Of a stretch of 64,000 nt of DNA, positions 62,219 to 64,000 are shown piece after piece (the first letter of the stretch is position 1; each line of letters opens with the position of its first letter). The stretch lies in NCBI GenBank assembly GCA_964252035.1, contig OZ176215.1; one strand, written 5' to 3'. Under the pieces are notes generated by a model. It did not search any database. It had not been told where the DNA came from and saw nothing but the letters and a program-made list of their open reading frames with translations. This stretch comes from Podarcis erhardii (Eukaryota). The translations under genes and the position numbers were made by a program.

Positions 62219-62377
62219 GAATGCTTATTAGGCTTGTGGGAAAGTTTCATGGGCATCTATAGAACCTTCTGGGGTTTTTTTTGGGGGGGGGGGTAACCTA
62301 ATTGTTGCACAGGGAGGGAAGCCACAAAGCATATCCGGCTCCTGGGAAGCAGGTTTTGCACCCTGAGCTATTTGTAG

Positions 62378-62575
62378 AACATAGGAAAATTCCTTCTGCT
62401 GAGTGAGACCATGGGTCTAACTACGTAGTTCAGCGCTTCCTACACTGACTGGCAGTGGCTTTCCGGGGCTTCAGGCAAGGGGTCTTTTTCATCCGTTCCT
62501 GGAGATGCCAGCATCAAACCAGGGACCTTCTGCATGCAAAGATGGTCTGCCAGTAAGCTATGGCCCTTCCCATAA
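62378..62575 (-). mobile_element. tRNA-Ala-derived SINE
   Basis: Reverse complement of the same SINE head, body and tail. Confidence 0.75.
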
Positions 62576-63112
62576 GGTAGCAGGTGATGGCAAGTACCTT
62601 TCTCTGCGCTGCCAGGCCCCTTCCAGGCATCCATTCTTATTTTTCATTCATGATGGTTTGTGCTCCTGATGGTATCAGGGCAGTTATAAGCCACATTTCC
62701 ACAGTATTTGTGTCTTGGACAAGGGCATCTCCGTCGACTCTCGGAAATCTCCGGAGTAATCTACTGAGACAATGAATGTGACATTACCTAATGCCTGTGA
62801 TTGATCTCAATTTTTACGCGTGATTTGTTAAATAAATCACCTCTCTGCGAATGATACATATCTGCACAGGGAATGAATGGGAAATAGAAGGTTCTTTTGA
62901 GCCAGGCGGTTTATCTGTCTTTATTGCCGAGGCTTTATAAATAAAGACTATTACAAAACAACATTTCTCCCTGTGGAAGTTTTGGGTGTCTGTGAATATT
63001 TTGGTTTAAAATCAGTGTCTCTCCTGTAACTTTCTGCACCGCAAATGTTTTGCAGGTTGTGTTTCTTTGCAATAGCCTCTCTAGACAACAGTGTTGTGGT
63101 AGCATTGAGGAA

Positions 63113-63268
63113 CTACCTATTTATCTACTTGCACTTTGACGTGCTTTCAAACTGCTAGGTTGGCAGGAGCAGAGACCGAGCAACGGGAGCTCACCCCGTC
63201 GCGGGGATTCGAACTGCCAACCTTCTGATCGGCAAGTCTTAGGCTCTGTGGTTTAACCCACAGCGCCC
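63113..63268 (-). mobile_element. Sauria SINE, 5' half only
   Basis: Head and mid region match the other subfamily B copies; 3' half absent. Confidence 0.88.
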
Positions 63269-63419
63269 GAAATACATAAACACCCCACTCTTTCCCACCC
63301 ACCCCAGCCTGAAGACATTGCTCAGCTTTAAATAGAAATACCAATAGTTTACAAAGGAACAGGCATGCATAGGGTCCAAAAGTTGTTAATATTGATACAA
63401 AGGAAAATGTTAGCACAAC

Positions 63420-63700
63420 CATATATCACGGAATGAGGCAGGTACAGTTTGTCTTGTAGCGGCTCTGTGGGTGATAAATAAATGGGCAGTCCCTCAGGGG
63501 TTTTTGACCAAAGTTTTTGCATCAGTTTTACAGGAAGTGCTATGTCCCAAATTACATTATACCATTTTTTGTACTTTTTGTACATTTGTACATTTGCGTC
63601 TTTCCAGTTCCTTGCTGTCGATATTATTCTTGCTGCCACTAATAAGTCACCAATTAAATGCTTGTATAATGACCTTTTGGTTGCCTCCTCTGTCATTTGT
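63420..63700 (-). mobile_element. L1/Tx1-type LINE ORF2 C-terminal remnant
   Basis: ORF 63349-63696 contains LLVAARIISTARNWK...W..VIWDIA, resembling the L1 ORF2 terminal xAARxxIAxxWK motif. Confidence 0.55.
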
Positions 63701-63872
63701 TTTGGCTGTTTTTAATAGTGAATCTTAAATTGTTTGTTAACCTGCCCTGGGACCTGCTAGAGAAGGGCAGGCAATAAATTTATGATTGATAACAATTCTG
63801 AGCTAGGTGAAGCCGTAGCCTAAGGCTCCTAAGGCAGCTTCTGATCGTTCTCCCATTCCAGTAATAGACGGG

Positions 63873-63893
63873 GGAGCTGTCCATAGTCCTGAA
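63873..63893 (-). promoter_or_regulatory. Candidate RE1/NRSE (REST-binding site) in CNIH2 intron 1
   Basis: Reverse complement TTCAGGACTATGGACAGCTCC vs consensus TTCAGCACCACGGACAGCGCC: 17/21 with canonical 2-bp spacer. Confidence 0.6.
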
Positions 63894-64000
63894 TTTTCAG
63901 ATGCAGCCGGAGCTCAAGTGATTTCCTGCTCTTAGTTCATCCTCCGATGGAGGTAGAAGACTACGACATAAAATCAGTGGGTGGTATCCAGCTAAATTCT

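Noticed and set aside
47972-64000. CNIH2 exon 2 (IIAFDELRTDFKNPIDQ...)
   Set aside because: Looked for by eye and not found; presumed to lie beyond the window, so it is not annotated.

Overview
Vertebrate genomic DNA, almost certainly from a lacertid lizard (abundant Podarcis/Lacerta-type Sauria SINEs, BovB, CR1, L2 and hAT MITEs). It holds three + strand genes in the same order as human 11q13. These are the 3' 11 coding exons of KLC2 (453-9296), a complete 6-exon RAB1B (20669-33195, 201 aa), and the first coding exon of CNIH2 (47891-47971). CNIH2 intron 1 runs past the window end. All exon phases were checked by hand and splice in frame. No prokaryote-type system (CRISPR etc.) is present. 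Best leads: (1) a candidate unannotated phase-0 exon encoding a signal-peptide/TM-like segment inside CNIH2 intron 1 (53377-53460); (2) a decayed intronless sulfotransferase retrocopy between RAB1B and CNIH2; (3) RE1/REST, RFX X-box and CTCF motifs around CNIH2, and two uORFs in its leader; (4) an intact solo LTR upstream of RAB1B; (5) a long intronic hairpin in RAB1B; (6) several nested transposon insertions with readable target-site duplications. Regulatory and novel-exon calls are motif-level inferences that need expression or conservation data.
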